The notes below the pieces were generated by a model. The model saw only the letters and a program-made list of their open reading frames with translations, searched no databases and was not told the origin of the DNA. 20,000 nt of DNA from an uncultured virus (IMG/VR IMGVR_UViG_3300028591_000115) (lineage: Duplodnaviria; Heunggongvirae; Uroviricota; Caudoviricetes): the IMG/VR virus record IMGVR_UViG_3300028591_000115. The stretch is one strand, 5' to 3'. Numbering within the stretch: the first letter of the stretch is position 1; every line of letters begins with the position of its first letter. Position numbers and translations under genes: made by a program. Positions 18,658 through 20,000 of the stretch are shown here, piece after piece.

Positions 18658-18941
18658 TGTTGAAAGGAGATGGTTCCGATGGGGATCGAAGCCCCCGGCC
18701 CGCAGGCAGGTGCGAAGCGGGCCACATGGGCGGGAGGTAAGCACCCAGCCGGTTGAGGAGAGGGCCCCCAAGACCGGCAAGCGAACCTTGGCAAGTGAAT
18801 GGAGGATGGCCACCGCCTTAAGAAGCCCCAGGGAGGCTGAAGCCGATTGCGAGAGCGCAAGTTGCTCGTGTAAGACCTTCAAACTCGGGAAACGAGGATG
18901 CCCCGAACCCTGTTGATACAGAGCCGAACGGCTCTTTTTTT
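18658..18941 (+). ncRNA. Large structured RNA 1 (~240-nt core plus terminator)
   Basis: Lies between promoter 18624-18652 and terminator 18920-18941. 5' GGTTC..GGGG-ATC pairs with 3' GAT-G-CCCC-GAACC. Several internal stems and no convincing ORF. Confidence 0.75.
18920..18941 (+). terminator. Intrinsic terminator
   Basis: AGAGCC-GAAC-GGCTCT followed by a T run. Confidence 0.85.
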
Positions 18942-18945
18942 ATTG

Positions 18946-18974
18946 GCCGAGCGTGCGCGGGCCACACGCTCGGC
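18946..18974. repeat. GC-rich inter-cassette hairpin H7
   Basis: GCCGAGCGTG-CGCGGGCCA-CACGCTCGGC-ATTT. Confidence 0.8.
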
Positions 18975-19065
18975 ATTTGGGATCAGCTAAGGGTTCAGAA
19001 AAAAAATTTTGCAAATCGGCCAAAAAAGTGTTGACAAATGGCTCCCGTTATGGTATTCTATACTC

Positions 19066-19516
19066 ACCGGAAGGGGTTAGAGCCCGGGGCCACGGGTGCC
19101 AAAGCCGATGGAAGGAGCTACGCGCGGAGCGCCCCGCGCGCGGAAGAACCCGGGGGGTTGGAGTAGCGCACCAAGGGCCGAAGGCCAAGGCCGGATCTCC
19201 CGGGGCCGAAACTACTACGTTGAGGGTAGGCAGAGCCGGAACATCGGGTAGCCGAGCCGGTGGGGCCCATGAGAGCCTGTAAGACCTCCCCAATGAAACG
19301 ACCGCAGGCCGAAGTCCTACTCTGCGGTATACGGGGCGAGGAACCCCGGGGTCCGAAAGGGCTCAAATGTGCGGGCAACAACAGGGGAGCGTCTGGGACC
19401 CCGGGGCCAGTAGGATGGACGCAAAGGGTGGTAACCTGCCCGACGAAGAGCCGGGCTTGAGACCTCAAGTGCGAGGACGAATAGCCAACAGAGGGATCAG
19501 CTGATCCCCCTTTTTT
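19066..19516 (+). ncRNA. Large structured RNA 2 (~380-nt core plus terminator)
   Basis: Lies between promoter 19031-19059 and terminator ~19491-19516. AGCCCGG (19081-87) pairs with CCGGGCT (19451-57). Many internal helices, a GAAA tetraloop, and no RBS-led ORF. Confidence 0.75.
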
Positions 19517-19523
19517 CATTTGA

Positions 19524-19553
19524 GCTGGTCGCGGGCGGCCGCGCGCGACCAGT
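19524..19553. repeat. GC-rich inter-cassette hairpin H8
   Basis: GCTGGTCGCG-GGCGGCCGCG-CGCGACCAGT. Confidence 0.8.
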
Positions 19554-19645
19554 TTTCACGCTTCAGAGAGGATCCAGAAAAAAAGATTTGCAAAAGGCAG
19601 AAAAAAAGTGTTGACATCGGCTCCCGGATGTGGTATTATACTGTC

Positions 19646-19752
19646 AGAGGGAGAAGGCAGTGAACCGGCTGACACTCCTAAAGGGCGCCGAAAGGCAAGT
19701 GCGAGCCCCGCAAAACAAAAGTCACCGGCACGGGCGGGTCCGAACCGCCCAC
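19646..19752 (+). ncRNA. Small structured RNA, family copy B
   Basis: Promoter 19611-19639, no ORF, paralog of 16211-16328 (minus strand). Confidence 0.8.
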
Positions 19753-19818
19753 AAAAAAGTTGTTGACAGATCATAAGGTCTGTGCTATAATGAAGCCATC
19801 AAGAGAAGGGAGCTAACC

Positions 19819-20000
19819 ATGATGAATACCGAAGTTATCAAGGCAATGCAGGGCAACAAGAAGGAACATAAGGCGCGCAAGTGGTGGCACAAGAATGGTT
19901 ACAAGGTCATGCGCGTGATCCTGTTTCCGTTCTGGATCGGAAGTATCCTGATCAACAAGTGCCGGGCATGGCTCAACAATCGGCAGGAATGGAGCGAAGA
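19819..20000 (+). CDS. Hypothetical early protein (partial, basic with a hydrophobic stretch)
   Basis: Promoter 19763-19791, GGGAG RBS, MMNTEVIKAMQGNKKEHKARKWW... open to the window end. Confidence 0.7.
   Translation, partial: MMNTEVIKAMQGNKKEHKARKWWHKNGYKVMRVILFPFWIGSILINKCRAWLNNRQEWSE

Larger units (their letters stand above)
13116..19791 (+). promoter_or_regulatory. Array of about 17 near-consensus sigma-A early promoters, most with A-tract UP elements
   Basis: -35 hexamers start at 13116, 13580, 14243, 14638, 14951, 15075, 15421, 15736, 16442, 17103, 17696, 18138, 18624, 19031, 19611 and 19763. Each is 17 bp from a TAnnnT -10, mostly with a TG extension. One more extended -10 without a -35 lies at 17361-17369. 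Confidence 0.9.

Noticed and set aside
18660..18915. tmRNA-like 5' end (GGTTCCGATGGGG)
   Set aside because: No tRNA-Ala acceptor stem, T-arm or CCA end, and no tag ORF ending in Ala-Ala.
19415..19442. T-box-like AAGGGTGGTAACC and c-di-GMP-I-like GGACGCAAAG
   Set aside because: The T-box spacing is off by one base and there is no antiterminator partner or downstream gene. GGACGC is already paired with GCGTCT, and the rest of the riboswitch is absent.
12932..19553. CRISPR array or canonical integron attC sites
   Set aside because: The repeats are not identical and are about 1 kb apart. There are no RYYYAAC/GTTRRRY boxes and no cas or integrase gene in the window.
18655..19774. ORFs 18710..18916, 18953..19282, 19118..19519, 19260..19460 and 19556..19774
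   Set aside because: They lack RBSs, are R/G/P/A-rich, and several span promoters or hairpins. Long-range pairing favours ncRNA.
1..20000. Suppressor tRNA-CUA or other tRNA genes
   Set aside because: I found no cloverleaf with canonical D and T arms. The suppressor is expected elsewhere in the genome.

Overview
This window comes from a large tailed dsDNA phage, probably of a Bacillota host, and has three parts. (1) Bases 1-10724, minus strand, AT-rich: a head and packaging operon (sigma-like regulator, Zn-finger protein, terminase large subunit, endonuclease, portal, protease/scaffold, decoration protein, major capsid, adaptor). The ORF track shows it in fragments because TAG is read as Gln. 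I traced 25 in-frame TAGs in six genes, several at conserved Gln positions, and no real gene in the window ends in TAG. (2) Bases 10879-12718, plus strand: four AT-rich genes, including a nucleoside 2-deoxyribosyltransferase-family enzyme. (3) Bases ~12800-20000: a GC-richer early or host-takeover region built of about 18 near-consensus sigma-A promoter cassettes. Eight covarying GC-rich hairpins with a YGGBC loop core punctuate it. Five promoters drive structured non-coding RNAs instead of proteins: a three-member paralogous small RNA family with compensatory changes (two copies form a pseudoknot), and two large end-closed multi-stem RNAs (~240 and ~380 nt cores) that share a UGUAAGACCU motif. 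A sixth promoter drives a pseudoknotted leader in front of an ORF. This promoter-driven ncRNA cassette array is the best candidate for an undescribed system.
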